Shown: piece by piece, positions 1 through 9,187 of the stretch
Layout of the letters: each line of letters opens with the position of its first letter
Position numbering within the stretch: the stretch's first letter is position 1
Source: Nocardioides sp.
GTDB lineage: Bacteria > Actinomycetota > Actinomycetes > Propionibacteriales > Nocardioidaceae
Direction of reading: 5' to 3'
DNA: 64,000 bases
Assembly (NCBI GenBank): GCA_026786275.1
Contig: JAJAYJ010000170.1
Span: forward strand, 9,561-73,560
The notes under the pieces: generated by a model
Told to the model about the DNA's origin: nothing
Databases searched by the model: none
What the model saw: only the letters and a program-made list of their open reading frames with translations
Translations under genes and position numbers: made by a program

Positions 1-5
1 TGCAG

Positions 6-731
6 ATGGACAAGGCCGTGCGCGGCCTGGTCGAGGGCCGCTACGAGTGGATCGCGTTCACCTCGGTCAACGCGGTGCGCGCGGTGCGCGAGAAGTTCGA
101 GGAGTACGGCCTCGACGCCCGCGCCTTCTCGGGCCTCAAGATCGCGGCGGTCGGCGACAAGACCGCCCAGGCGATCGCGGCCTGGGGCCTGCGGGCCGAC
201 CTGCTGCCCTCCGGTGAGCAGTCAGCGGCCGGTCTGCTGGCCGACTGGCCCGAGTACGACGAGCTGCTGGACCCGATCAACCGGGTCTTCCTGCCGCGTG
301 CCGACATCGCCACCGAGAACCTCGTCGCCGGTCTGGTCGACCTGGGCTGGGAGTGCGACGACGTCACCGCCTACCGCACCGTGCGCGCCGCTCCGCCGCC
401 GGCGCCGATCCGCGACGCGATCAAGGCCGGCAAGTTCGACGCCGTCGTGTTCACGTCGTCCTCGACGGTGCGCAACCTGGTCGGCATCGCCGGCAAGCCG
501 CACCCCTCGACGATCATCGCCGTGATCGGCCCGGCGACCGCCAAGACCGCCGAGGAGCACGGCCTGCGGGTCGACGTGCTGGCTCCCAAGCCGGACGTCG
601 ACGCGCTCGTCGACGCACTCGCGGACTTCGGTGGGGCCCGCCGGATCGCGATGGTCGAGGCCGGACAGCCGGTGACCAGGCCCTCAGAGCGCAAGCCGTC
701 GGCTCGACGCAAGGCCAGCAGCTCGAGGTGA
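6..731 (+). CDS. hemD: Uroporphyrinogen-III synthase, C-terminal part; the gene starts before the window and is probably a CysG/HemD fusion
   Basis: [23 protein letters not shown] and FTSSSTV motifs; directly upstream of hemB. Confidence 0.9.
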   Translation: MDKAVRGLVEGRYEWIAFTSVNAVRAVREKFEEYGLDARAFSGLKIAAVGDKTAQAIAAWGLRADLLPSGEQSAAGLLADWPEYDELLDPINRVFLPRADIATENLVAGLVDLGWECDDVTAYRTVRAAPPPAPIRDAIKAGKFDAVVFTSSSTVRNLVGIAGKPHPSTIIAVIGPATAKTAEEHGLRVDVLAPKPDVDALVDALADFGGARRIAMVEAGQPVTRPSERKPSARRKASSSR

Positions 732-768
732 GCCGCCCGTGAGCCCGCCCGTGAGCCCGCCGGTGACC
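728..768 (+). repeat. Short tandem repeat (GTGAGCC(C)GCCC) x3 at the hemD/hemB junction
   Basis: gtgagccgccc gtgagcccgccc gtgagcccgccg gtgacc. Confidence 0.7.
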
Positions 769-1758
769 CCGCACGCGTCCGTCCCCGGTCCGAGCGTCCG
801 GCCGCGGCGCCTGCGCACGACGCCGGCGCTGCGCCGGATGGTCTCCGAGACCTCTGTGCAGGCGCGGCAGCTGGTGCTGCCGGTCTTCGTGCGCGAGGGC
901 CTGCGCGAGCCGCGCGCAATCTCCTCCATGCCCGGCGTAGTGCAGCACACGCGCTCCAGCCTGCTGGGCGCGGTCGCCGAGGCCGCGGAGCTGGGACTCG
1001 GCGGGGTGATGCTGTTCGGCATCCCCGAGCACAAGAACGCCACGGGCAGCGCCGGGGTCGACCCGGCCGGCGTCCTCAACCTGGCGATCACCGACGTGGT
1101 CGCCGAGGTGGGTGACCAGCTCACGGTGATGAGCGACCTGTGCCTCGACGAGTTCACCGACCACGGGCACTGCGGCGTGCTCACCCCCGACGGTCGGGTC
1201 GACAACGACCGGACCCTCGAGGTGTACGCCGAGATGGCGCTGGCCCAGGCCGACGCCGGCGTCGACATGGTCGGTCCGTCGGGGATGATGGACGGCCAGG
1301 TCCGGGTGATCCGGGCCGCGCTCGACGCGCAGTCGCACCACGACGTTTCGATCCTGGCCTACTCCGCCAAGTACGCCTCCGCCTTCTTCGGTCCCTTCCG
1401 GGAGGCGGTCGACTCCTCGCTCACCGGTGACCGCCGGACCTACCAGCAGGACCCCGCCAACGCGGTCGAGGGCGTCCGGGAGGCCCTGCTCGACATCGCG
1501 GAGGGCGCGGACCTGGTGATGGTGAAGCCGGCGATGGGCTACCTCGACGTCGTGCGCCGGGTCCGCGACGAGGTGTCGGTGCCGGTGGCGGCGTACAACG
1601 TCTCGGGTGAGTACTCGATGCTCGAGGCCGCTGCGGCCAACGGCTGGATCGACCGGGAGCAGGCGATCCTGGAGACCCTGACCTCGATCCGTCGCGCCGG
1701 TGCCGACGTCGTGCTCACCTACTGGGCCTCCGAGGCCGCCCGCCTGCTGCAGCGCTGA
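739..1758 (+). CDS. hemB: Porphobilinogen synthase (ALA dehydratase)
   Basis: [44 protein letters not shown] motifs; exact start ambiguous (739/751/763). Confidence 0.97.
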   Translation: MSPPVSPPVTPHASVPGPSVRPRRLRTTPALRRMVSETSVQARQLVLPVFVREGLREPRAISSMPGVVQHTRSSLLGAVAEAAELGLGGVMLFGIPEHKNATGSAGVDPAGVLNLAITDVVAEVGDQLTVMSDLCLDEFTDHGHCGVLTPDGRVDNDRTLEVYAEMALAQADAGVDMVGPSGMMDGQVRVIRAALDAQSHHDVSILAYSAKYASAFFGPFREAVDSSLTGDRRTYQQDPANAVEGVREALLDIAEGADLVMVKPAMGYLDVVRRVRDEVSVPVAAYNVSGEYSMLEAAAANGWIDREQAILETLTSIRRAGADVVLTYWASEAARLLQR

Positions 1759-1776
1759 GCGCCACCCACGGGGTTC

Positions 1777-2982
1777 TCAGGGGGTCGAGTAGCCCGTGAC
1801 GCAGGTGTCGAACGCGTCGTTGCTCTGCAGCGTGTCGACGAAACCCTCGACGGTGCACTGCGCCACGGCCTGCGCCGTGGTCATCACCTGGTCGACTGGC
1901 GCGACCGACGGTGCCGGCAGGGGCGGGACGCCGCCCTGCGGGCCGCCACCGGCGGGCTTGTCGACAGAGACGCCGCCGTCCTTGCCGTTGGTGACCGGGT
2001 CCGCGGGCGGCTTGGGCGGTGCGGGGGCGGGCGTCGGCGTGGGGCTGGGCGTCGGGGCCGCCTTGGTGCCGGTACCCGCGGTGGACTTCTGGTCGCCTCC
2101 GGCGAGCTTGTCCTGCGCCGACTTGGTCCGCACCGGCGCGAGCGGCTGGGGCGCGGAGACGAGCTGGCCGGCGGCGACCGTGGAGTTGGGGATCGTCGTG
2201 AAGTCGCCCGCCGTGTAGGCCGCCATGATCGAGATCACGAGGTCGACGTAGGACTCGGAGCGGTTGTAGCGGAACACCGCCGCGCGCTGGCCGGCCTCGG
2301 TCGAGAGGTCGTCCTCGCCGGAGCAGAGGTAGACGGCGGTGCCCAGCGCGGCGTCGTCGACGTCCTGTGGGTTGCGGGTGCCGTCGCCGTCGGCGTCGAC
2401 CCCGACGACGGACCAGGTCGACGGGATGAACTGCATCGGGCCGATCGCGCGGTCGAACGTGGTGTCGTTGTCGTACTGGCCGGCGTCGGTGTCGTTGATC
2501 AAGGCGGTGGCGTTGGTGCCGTCCAGCGCGACGCCGACGATGCCGGGGGTGGCGACCCCGTTGTCGTCGAGGGTGCTGCCCCCAAAGCGGCCGTGGTTGG
2601 ACTCGACGCGACCGATCGCGGCGACGAGCTGCCAGGGCAGCTTGCAGGTGGTGTCGGCCGCGTTGATCACGGTCTCGGCACGCTGGTAGGCGGCAAGCGC
2701 GGCCGAGGGGATGGCGGAGGTGGAGGCGCTGGAGACGATCTGGCTGGCGTGAGTGCCGTCGCCGAGGCTGGCCTGGTCCGAGACGCTGGCCGGGGCCTCG
2801 ATGGCCTGGCTGGGCACGCTGGTGCCGTCGGGCAGCACGCCCGCGGCCGGCTGCGGGGCGGCGGTGCCCGCGAGCATCGGGCCACCGACGCCGGCGATGC
2901 TCACGGTCCAGGCGACGGACAGCACGGTCAGCGGCACGAGCGCCGTCGCCTTCACGAGCCGAGCCGTGCGCACTGCAGACAT
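1777..2982 (-). CDS. Secreted/membrane-anchored lytic transglycosylase (MltB/SLT-like) with a Pro/Ala-rich tail
   Basis: N-terminal hydrophobic segment; LVAAIGRVESNHG, RAIGPMQFIPSTW, DADGDG, YLC and YN motifs. Confidence 0.88.
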   Translation of the reverse strand: MSAVRTARLVKATALVPLTVLSVAWTVSIAGVGGPMLAGTAAPQPAAGVLPDGTSVPSQAIEAPASVSDQASLGDGTHASQIVSSASTSAIPSAALAAYQRAETVINAADTTCKLPWQLVAAIGRVESNHGRFGGSTLDDNGVATPGIVGVALDGTNATALINDTDAGQYDNDTTFDRAIGPMQFIPSTWSVVGVDADGDGTRNPQDVDDAALGTAVYLCSGEDDLSTEAGQRAAVFRYNRSESYVDLVISIMAAYTAGDFTTIPNSTVAAGQLVSAPQPLAPVRTKSAQDKLAGGDQKSTAGTGTKAAPTPSPTPTPAPAPPKPPADPVTNGKDGGVSVDKPAGGGPQGGVPPLPAPSVAPVDQVMTTAQAVAQCTVEGFVDTLQSNDAFDTCVTGYSTP

Positions 2983-3030
2983 GCTCTCTCCCAGTTGACC
3001 GTGCGGTGGCGCTCCCCACGCCCTGAGGTG

Positions 3031-3059
3031 CTAACGAAGTGTGGCACACCGAAGTTACG
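3031..3059 (-). promoter_or_regulatory. Putative ECF sigma promoter CGTAAC-N17-CGTTAG for the lytic transglycosylase gene
   Basis: Minus strand CGTAAC (3059-3054), 17-nt spacer, CGTTAG (3036-3031), about 50 nt upstream of the ATG; resembles GTAAC-type ECF promoters. Confidence 0.5.
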
Positions 3060-3187
3060 TGGATCACGGCCCGGATGTGCCCGCGGGCCCGTGGACCGGG
3101 CTCGGCCACCGTGTCCTGGACCACGTGCAGGGGGTCGTGGGTGCACCCCGACCGCCCGGTTACCCACCCTCCGGCGACAATGAGAGA

Positions 3188-4528
3188 GTGAGCCCACGAC
3201 CCACCGACATGTCCGAGGCCCTGTTCGCGCGGGCGCAGGCGGTGACCCCCGGTGGAGTGAACTCGCCGGTGCGGGCCTTCAACGCCGTGGGTGGCACCCC
3301 GCGGTTCATCCGCTCGGCCTCCGGGGCCTGGCTGCGCGACGTCGACGGCAACGACTACGTCGACCTGATCTGCTCGTGGGGTCCGATGCTGCTCGGCCAC
3401 GCGCACCCCGAGGTGCAGGCCGCGGTGTCCGCCGCGATCACCCGGGGAACCTCCTACGGCACCCCGACGGAGCCGGAGGTGGAGCTGGCCGAGGAGATCG
3501 TGGCCCGCACCCCGGTCGAGAAGGTCCGGTTCGTGTCGTCGGGCACCGAGGCCACCATGTCGGCGATCCGCCTGGCCCGCGGCTTCACCGGCCGCGACGT
3601 GGTCGTGAAGTTCGCCGGTTGCTACCACGGTCACGTCGACTCGTTGCTGGCCTCGGCCGGCTCCGGGCTGGCCACGTTCGCGGTCCCCGGCACCCCCGGC
3701 GTACCGGAGAGCTCGACCGCCCTGACGATGGTGCTGCCCTACAACGACCGGGCCGCGGTGGAGAAGGCCTTCGCCGAGCACGGCGACCGGATCGCGTGCC
3801 TGATCACCGAGGCCGCCGCCGGCAACATGGGGGTCGTGCCGCCCGAGCAGGGCTTCAACGAGTTCTTGGCCCGGACCTGCCGGCGCTACGGCGCCCTCTT
3901 CGTGACCGACGAGGTGATGACCGGGTTCCGGGCGACACGACAGGGCTACTGGGGTCTCGACGGGCGGGCCGAGGGCTGGGCGCCCGACCTGATGACCTTC
4001 GGCAAGGTGATGGGCGGCGGCTTCCCCGCTGCGGCCTTCGGTGGTCGGGCCGACGTGATGTCGCGCCTGGCACCGCAGGGGCCGGTCTACCAGGCCGGCA
4101 CGCTGTCGGGGAACCCCGTCGCGACCACCGCCGGGTTGGCGACGCTGCGCCTGGCCACCGACGAGGTGTACGCCCACCTCGACGCCGCCGCGCGGACGAT
4201 CAAGGACGGCGTGGTCGAGGCGTTCACCGCCGCCGGGCTGCCGCACGTAGTGCAGTCCGCCGGCACCATGTTCTCCGTGTTCCTCACCGACCCGGCCGAG
4301 CTGCCCGGGGGTGCGGTGCGCGACTTCGCGGACGCCTCCCGCACCGACACGGCGGCGTACGCCGCGCTGTTCCACGCCATGCTCGAGGCGGGCGTCTACC
4401 TGCCACCCTCGGCGTTCGAGTCGTGGTTCGTCTCGGCCGCTCACGACGACCGGGCCGTGCAGACCGTCCTGGACGCCCTGCCCGTCGCGGCCAGAGCTGC
4501 GGCGTCCGCCCAGGAGGCAGCGCGATGA
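3188..4528 (+). CDS. hemL: Glutamate-1-semialdehyde 2,1-aminomutase
   Basis: [51 protein letters not shown]; start GTG 3188 or ATG 3209. Confidence 0.97.
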   Translation: MSPRPTDMSEALFARAQAVTPGGVNSPVRAFNAVGGTPRFIRSASGAWLRDVDGNDYVDLICSWGPMLLGHAHPEVQAAVSAAITRGTSYGTPTEPEVELAEEIVARTPVEKVRFVSSGTEATMSAIRLARGFTGRDVVVKFAGCYHGHVDSLLASAGSGLATFAVPGTPGVPESSTALTMVLPYNDRAAVEKAFAEHGDRIACLITEAAAGNMGVVPPEQGFNEFLARTCRRYGALFVTDEVMTGFRATRQGYWGLDGRAEGWAPDLMTFGKVMGGGFPAAAFGGRADVMSRLAPQGPVYQAGTLSGNPVATTAGLATLRLATDEVYAHLDAAARTIKDGVVEAFTAAGLPHVVQSAGTMFSVFLTDPAELPGGAVRDFADASRTDTAAYAALFHAMLEAGVYLPPSAFESWFVSAAHDDRAVQTVLDALPVAARAAASAQEAAR

Positions 4529-5211
4529 GTGGCCAGACCAGACCCGAGACGATCGTGCACCTGCTGCGCCACGGTGAGGTGCACAACCCCGAGGGCGTGC
4601 TGTACGGCCGACGCGACGGCTACCACCTCTCGACCCTCGGCCTGCAGATGGCGCAGCGGGTCGCCGACCTGGTCGGGGACCGCGACATCGTGCAGGTCCG
4701 GGTCTCGCCGCTGGAGCGGGCCCAGGAGACGGCGCGACCGCTGGCCGCCACGCGCGGTCTCGACCTCGTCAGCGACGAGCGGATCATCGAGTCGGCGAAC
4801 GTGTTCGAAGGACAGCGCTTCGGTGCCGGGCTCGCCTCGCTGCGCCGCCCGTCGGCGTGGCGGCACCTGTGGAACCCCTGGCGGCCCTCCTGGGGCGAGC
4901 CCTACCGCGAGATCGCAGCCCGGATGATGGCCGCGGTCCACGACTCCCGGGTGGCCGCCGAGGGCCACGAGGCCGTGCTCGTCTCCCACCAGCTGCCGAT
5001 CTGGACCACCCGGCTCGCCGCCGAGGGCCGGTCGTTCATGCACGACCCCCGCAAGCGCGAGTGCACGCTGTGCTCGCTGACGTCGCTGCACTACACGGGT
5101 GACACGCTGACCCGGATCTCCTACAGCGAGCCCGCGGGCGACCTGATCCCCGTCAAGGACCGCTCGGCGACCTTCTCCGCCGGCGGCGCCCCGGAGGAGA
5201 AGCGACCGTGA
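4525..5211 (+). CDS. Histidine phosphatase (phosphoglycerate mutase family)
   Basis: [20 protein letters not shown] motifs; ATGA overlap with hemL; RBS AGGAGG. Confidence 0.92.
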   Translation: MSGQTRPETIVHLLRHGEVHNPEGVLYGRRDGYHLSTLGLQMAQRVADLVGDRDIVQVRVSPLERAQETARPLAATRGLDLVSDERIIESANVFEGQRFGAGLASLRRPSAWRHLWNPWRPSWGEPYREIAARMMAAVHDSRVAAEGHEAVLVSHQLPIWTTRLAAEGRSFMHDPRKRECTLCSLTSLHYTGDTLTRISYSEPAGDLIPVKDRSATFSAGGAPEEKRP

Positions 5212-5813
5212 CCCCCCGCCCGCTGCGCGTCCTGCTCGTCGTCCTGCTGGCCCTGGTGCTCGCGGGCTGCTCCGGCCTGCAGGGCACCGAGGGCAAGGAC
5301 TACGTCGGCGGCAGCGGCCAGGTCATCGAGATCGCACCCGACGAGCGGGGTGCGCCGGTCGAGTCGTCGGGTGACACCGTCGACGGCGAGCCGATCGACG
5401 TGGCGTCGTACCGCGGCCAGCCGCTGGTCGTGAACGTCTGGTGGTCGGGCTGCGGGCCGTGCATCAAGGAGATGCCGATGCTGGTCGAGGTCGAGCGGGA
5501 CCTCGCCGGCCAGGCCGCCGTCATCGGCGTGAACATCCGCGACCCCAGCCCCGAGCAGGCGGCGTCCTTCGAGCGGGACCTCGGTGTCGACTACCCCTCG
5601 CTGTACTCGCCCGGCGGGACCGCCCTGCTGGACTTCTCCGACGAGAACGTGGCGCCCCGGGCCATCCCCTCCACGATGGTGCTGGACCGCGACGGCCGGC
5701 TGGCCGCGCTGATCACCGGGGAGATCCCCACCAAGCAGACCCTGGTCAGCGTGGTGGACCAGGTCGTGGCCGAGGCCGCGTCCGCGGCCGGTCGGGGGGC
5801 CTCCGATGGTTGA
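5208..5813 (+). CDS. TlpA/ResA-like thioredoxin lipoprotein (cytochrome c maturation)
   Basis: Lipobox LAGC; WWSGCGPC CxxC motif; IPST cis-Pro loop. Confidence 0.9.
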   Translation: MTPRPLRVLLVVLLALVLAGCSGLQGTEGKDYVGGSGQVIEIAPDERGAPVESSGDTVDGEPIDVASYRGQPLVVNVWWSGCGPCIKEMPMLVEVERDLAGQAAVIGVNIRDPSPEQAASFERDLGVDYPSLYSPGGTALLDFSDENVAPRAIPSTMVLDRDGRLAALITGEIPTKQTLVSVVDQVVAEAASAAGRGASDG

Positions 5814-6561
5814 GTGGTTCCAGTCCACGGCCGGGTCCGGGTCGATGGCGCTGGCCATCCCGGTGGCCCTGGTCGCGGGCCTGGTCTCGTTCTTCTCGCC
5901 CTGCGTGATCCCGCTGCTGCCGGGCTACCTCTCCTACGCCACGGGTCTCTCCGGCGCCGACATCGCCTCGGGCGAGGCCCGCCGCGGTCGGATGCTGGCC
6001 GGGGCGGTGCTCTTCGTGCTCGGCTTCAGCGCGGTGTTCGTGACGCTCGGCGTGGCCAGCGCCGGGGTGGCCGTCTGGTTCGCCGTCAACCGGGAGGCGC
6101 TCAACCTCGGGCTCGGGGCGATCTGCATCCTGCTGGGCCTGGTCTTCCTCGGGGCGCTGCCCCGGTGGCAGCGCGACTTCCGGATCCACCGGGTGCCCGC
6201 GGTCGGCCTGGCCGCGGCACCCCTGCTGGGTGCGCTGTTCGCGATCGGCTGGCAGCCGTGCGTCGGACCGACCTTCGGCGTGATCGCCACCCTGGCCATC
6301 AGCGAGGGCAGCGCGCCCCGTGGCGGCCTGCTGCTCGGCTTCTACTCCCTGGGGCTCGGCGTGCCGTTCGTCGTGGCCGCGCTGGCCTGGCGGCGCACCA
6401 TGGTCGCCGTGACGTGGATGCGCCGCCACCAGGTCGCGGTCACCCGCGTCGGCGGCGGCATGATGATCCTGGTCGGCGTGCTGCTCGTCAGCGGCCTGTG
6501 GGACCAGGCCGTGACCTGGATCCAGCTGCAGCTGGTCTCCGACTTCGAGGTGAGCGTGTGA
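5806..6561 (+). CDS. ccdA: Cytochrome c biogenesis protein CcdA
   Basis: SFFSPCVIPLLPGYL and GWQPCVGP motifs; multiple TM helices. Confidence 0.93.
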   Translation: MVEWFQSTAGSGSMALAIPVALVAGLVSFFSPCVIPLLPGYLSYATGLSGADIASGEARRGRMLAGAVLFVLGFSAVFVTLGVASAGVAVWFAVNREALNLGLGAICILLGLVFLGALPRWQRDFRIHRVPAVGLAAAPLLGALFAIGWQPCVGPTFGVIATLAISEGSAPRGGLLLGFYSLGLGVPFVVAALAWRRTMVAVTWMRRHQVAVTRVGGGMMILVGVLLVSGLWDQAVTWIQLQLVSDFEVSV

Positions 6562-8156
6562 GCAAGCTCGACACCCTGCCCGAGCAGGCCGTCGAACGCC
6601 GCCCCGGCGAGCTGCGACCCCGCGAGCTCGCCCGCTGGGCCTGGCGGCAGCTGACCTCGATGCGGACCGCGCTGATCCTGCTGCTGCTGCTCGCCCTGGC
6701 CGCCGTGCCCGGGTCGGTGATCCCGCAGGAGCGCAGCGACTCCCTCGACGCCACCCGGTGGAAGGATGCGCACGAGACCCTCACCCCGATCTACGAGAAG
6801 CTCGGCCTGTTCCACGTCTACACTTCGGTGTGGTTCGCGGCGATCTACCTGCTGCTGATGATCTCGTTGGTCGGCTGCATCCTGCCTCGGACCTTCCACT
6901 ACGTCAGGGCCATCCGGGCCGAGCCGCCCGCCGCGCCCAGCAACCTGACCCGGTTGCCGGACCACGCGTCGTACAGCAGTGCCGACGCGCCGGACGTGGT
7001 GCTCGCCCGGGCGAGCACCGTGCTCAAGCGCAAGGGGTACCGGGTGCGCGCCGCCGGCCCTGGCCCCGAGGACTCCGTGAGCGCCGAGCGGGGCTACCTG
7101 CGCGAGGTCGGCAACCTGGTCTTCCACCTCTCGGTGCTGGTGGTGCTCGTCGGCTTCGCGCTCGGCGGGCTGTTCGGCTACCGCGGGGGCGTGATCCTGG
7201 TCGTGGGCAACACCTTCAGCAACAACTTGACGCAGTACGACGACTTCGACCCGGGCTCGCTCTTCTCGGCCTCCCAGATGGAGGACTTCGACATCACGGT
7301 CAAGGACTTCGACGTCGAGTGGCTCCAGGACGGCCCCCGCCAGGGCATGGCGCGCGGCTTCAACGCCGGCCTGACCTACCACGAGACGCAGGGCGGGCCG
7401 GAGAAGTCCTACGACCTGCGGGTCAACCACCCGCTCTCGATCGGCGACACCGACCTCTTCCTGATCGGCCACGGCTACGCTCCGGTCCTCACGGTCCGTG
7501 ACGGCGAGGGCAACGTCGCCTCGTCCGGGCCGGTCGTGTTCCTGCCCCAGGGGCCCGACTTCTTCTCGGTCGGGGTCGTCAAGGCGCCCTTCGCCCAGCC
7601 CCAGGAGATCGCGCTTGAAGGCTTCTTCTACCCGTTCTTCGCCAACGTCGACGGCAACCCGGTCAACGTGATGGGCGACGACCTGAACCCCGTGGTCTCG
7701 ATGCAGGTGTGGACCGGTGACCTCGGGCTCAAGGACGGGGTCTCCCAGTCGGTCTACCTGCTCGACAAGTCGAAGGCCACCAAGGTGATGGCCGACAACG
7801 GTCGCCAGCTGCGCATCGACCTCGCCCCCGGCCAGACCGTGACGCTGCCCGACGGCCTGGGCACCGTGTCCTTCGAGAGCGTCGTGCCCTGGAACCGGCT
7901 CCAGGTCAGCCAGACCCCCGGCACCCGGATCGCGCTCACCGGTGTGGTGCTCGCCCTGGTCGGGCTGCTGGGCTCGCTCTTCCTGCGGCCCCGACGGGTG
8001 TGGGTGCGGGTCCGCCGGGCCGACGGACCCGCCGGCGGCAGCCTCGTCGAGGTGGCCGCACTGGACCGATCGGGAGGCGGCGATGTGGGGGTCGTACTCT
8101 CGAAGGTGGTGGACGCCCTACAACCTGTGCCAGCTGACGAGAAGGAGAAGTCGTGA
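6558..8156 (+). CDS. resB: Cytochrome c biogenesis protein ResB (system II)
   Basis: LTSMRTALILL, GSVIPQ, GNLVFH, VNHPL motifs; GTGA overlap with ccdA. Confidence 0.92.
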   Translation: MSKLDTLPEQAVERRPGELRPRELARWAWRQLTSMRTALILLLLLALAAVPGSVIPQERSDSLDATRWKDAHETLTPIYEKLGLFHVYTSVWFAAIYLLLMISLVGCILPRTFHYVRAIRAEPPAAPSNLTRLPDHASYSSADAPDVVLARASTVLKRKGYRVRAAGPGPEDSVSAERGYLREVGNLVFHLSVLVVLVGFALGGLFGYRGGVILVVGNTFSNNLTQYDDFDPGSLFSASQMEDFDITVKDFDVEWLQDGPRQGMARGFNAGLTYHETQGGPEKSYDLRVNHPLSIGDTDLFLIGHGYAPVLTVRDGEGNVASSGPVVFLPQGPDFFSVGVVKAPFAQPQEIALEGFFYPFFANVDGNPVNVMGDDLNPVVSMQVWTGDLGLKDGVSQSVYLLDKSKATKVMADNGRQLRIDLAPGQTVTLPDGLGTVSFESVVPWNRLQVSQTPGTRIALTGVVLALVGLLGSLFLRPRRVWVRVRRADGPAGGSLVEVAALDRSGGGDVGVVLSKVVDALQPVPADEKEKS

Positions 8157-9169
8157 CCAACGCATCCTGGGAAGCCCTGAGCAACCAGGCGGTCGCCGCC
8201 TGCGGGATCGTCTACTTCCTCGCGCTCGTCGCCCACCTCGTGGAGTGGTCCGCGGTGATCGGGAAGCGGCAGCGGGTCGCCGGTTCCGCGGAGTCCGCCG
8301 GGTCCCGCACCGCCGTCGGTGGTGGCGTCGCGCTCGCCACCGGTGGGCCCGCTGCCACCCCCGGCGACGCCGGTGAGCGCACCCACCGGGTCGCCCTCTT
8401 CGCTCGCCTGGGCATCCTGCTCACCACCATCGCCGTCGTCGTGCACCTCGTGGCCCTGGTGAGCCGCGGCCTGGCCGCGGACCGGGTGCCGTGGGGCAAC
8501 ATGTACGAGTTCACGCTGGCCGGCACCTTCGTCGTGGCCGGGCTCTACGTCGTGCTCTACCGCAAGCTGGCCCTGGCCTGGATGGCGCCGCTGGTCGTCG
8601 GCTTCGTGACCGTGATGCTGATGATCGCGGTCATCTGGCTCTACGAGGGCGTCGCCCCGCTGACCGAGGCCCTGAACTCGCCCTGGCTGGTCATCCACGT
8701 GATGGCCGCGATCCTCGCCACCGGCGCGTTCACCCTGGGCGGCATCACCTCGGCGGTCTACCTGGCGAAGGCGCGCTGGCCGCACGCCCAGGTCCTGGCC
8801 CGCACGCCGGCGCTTCCCGTGCTGGACCGGGTCTCCTACCGGATCCACGCCTTCGCGTTCCCGGTGTGGACCTTCGCGGTCCTGATCACCGGGCCGATCT
8901 GGGCCCACCAGGCCTGGTCGGCGTACTGGTCCTGGGACCCCAAGGAGGTCTGGGCCTTCATCACCTGGGTCGTCTACGCCGCCTACCTGCACGCGCGCGC
9001 GACCGCCGGCTGGAAGGGTCGCAACGCCGCCCTGCTCGCGCTCGTCGGGGTGGCCACCCTGTGGTTCAACTTCATCGGGATCAACTACTTCTCCTCCACC
9101 AGCCAGCACTCCTACGCCGCGCCGCAGCTCGCGGTCGTGCAGGTCGTGGACACTCCCTCGATGTCCTGA
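8153..9169 (+). CDS. ccsB: Cytochrome c biogenesis protein CcsB/ResC (WWD domain)
   Basis: PWGNMYE and WAHQAWSAYWSWDPKE (WWD motif), YLH. Confidence 0.95.
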   Translation: MTNASWEALSNQAVAACGIVYFLALVAHLVEWSAVIGKRQRVAGSAESAGSRTAVGGGVALATGGPAATPGDAGERTHRVALFARLGILLTTIAVVVHLVALVSRGLAADRVPWGNMYEFTLAGTFVVAGLYVVLYRKLALAWMAPLVVGFVTVMLMIAVIWLYEGVAPLTEALNSPWLVIHVMAAILATGAFTLGGITSAVYLAKARWPHAQVLARTPALPVLDRVSYRIHAFAFPVWTFAVLITGPIWAHQAWSAYWSWDPKEVWAFITWVVYAAYLHARATAGWKGRNAALLALVGVATLWFNFIGINYFSSTSQHSYAAPQLAVVQVVDTPSMS

Positions 9170-9187
9170 TCCTCTAGGGTCACGCGC

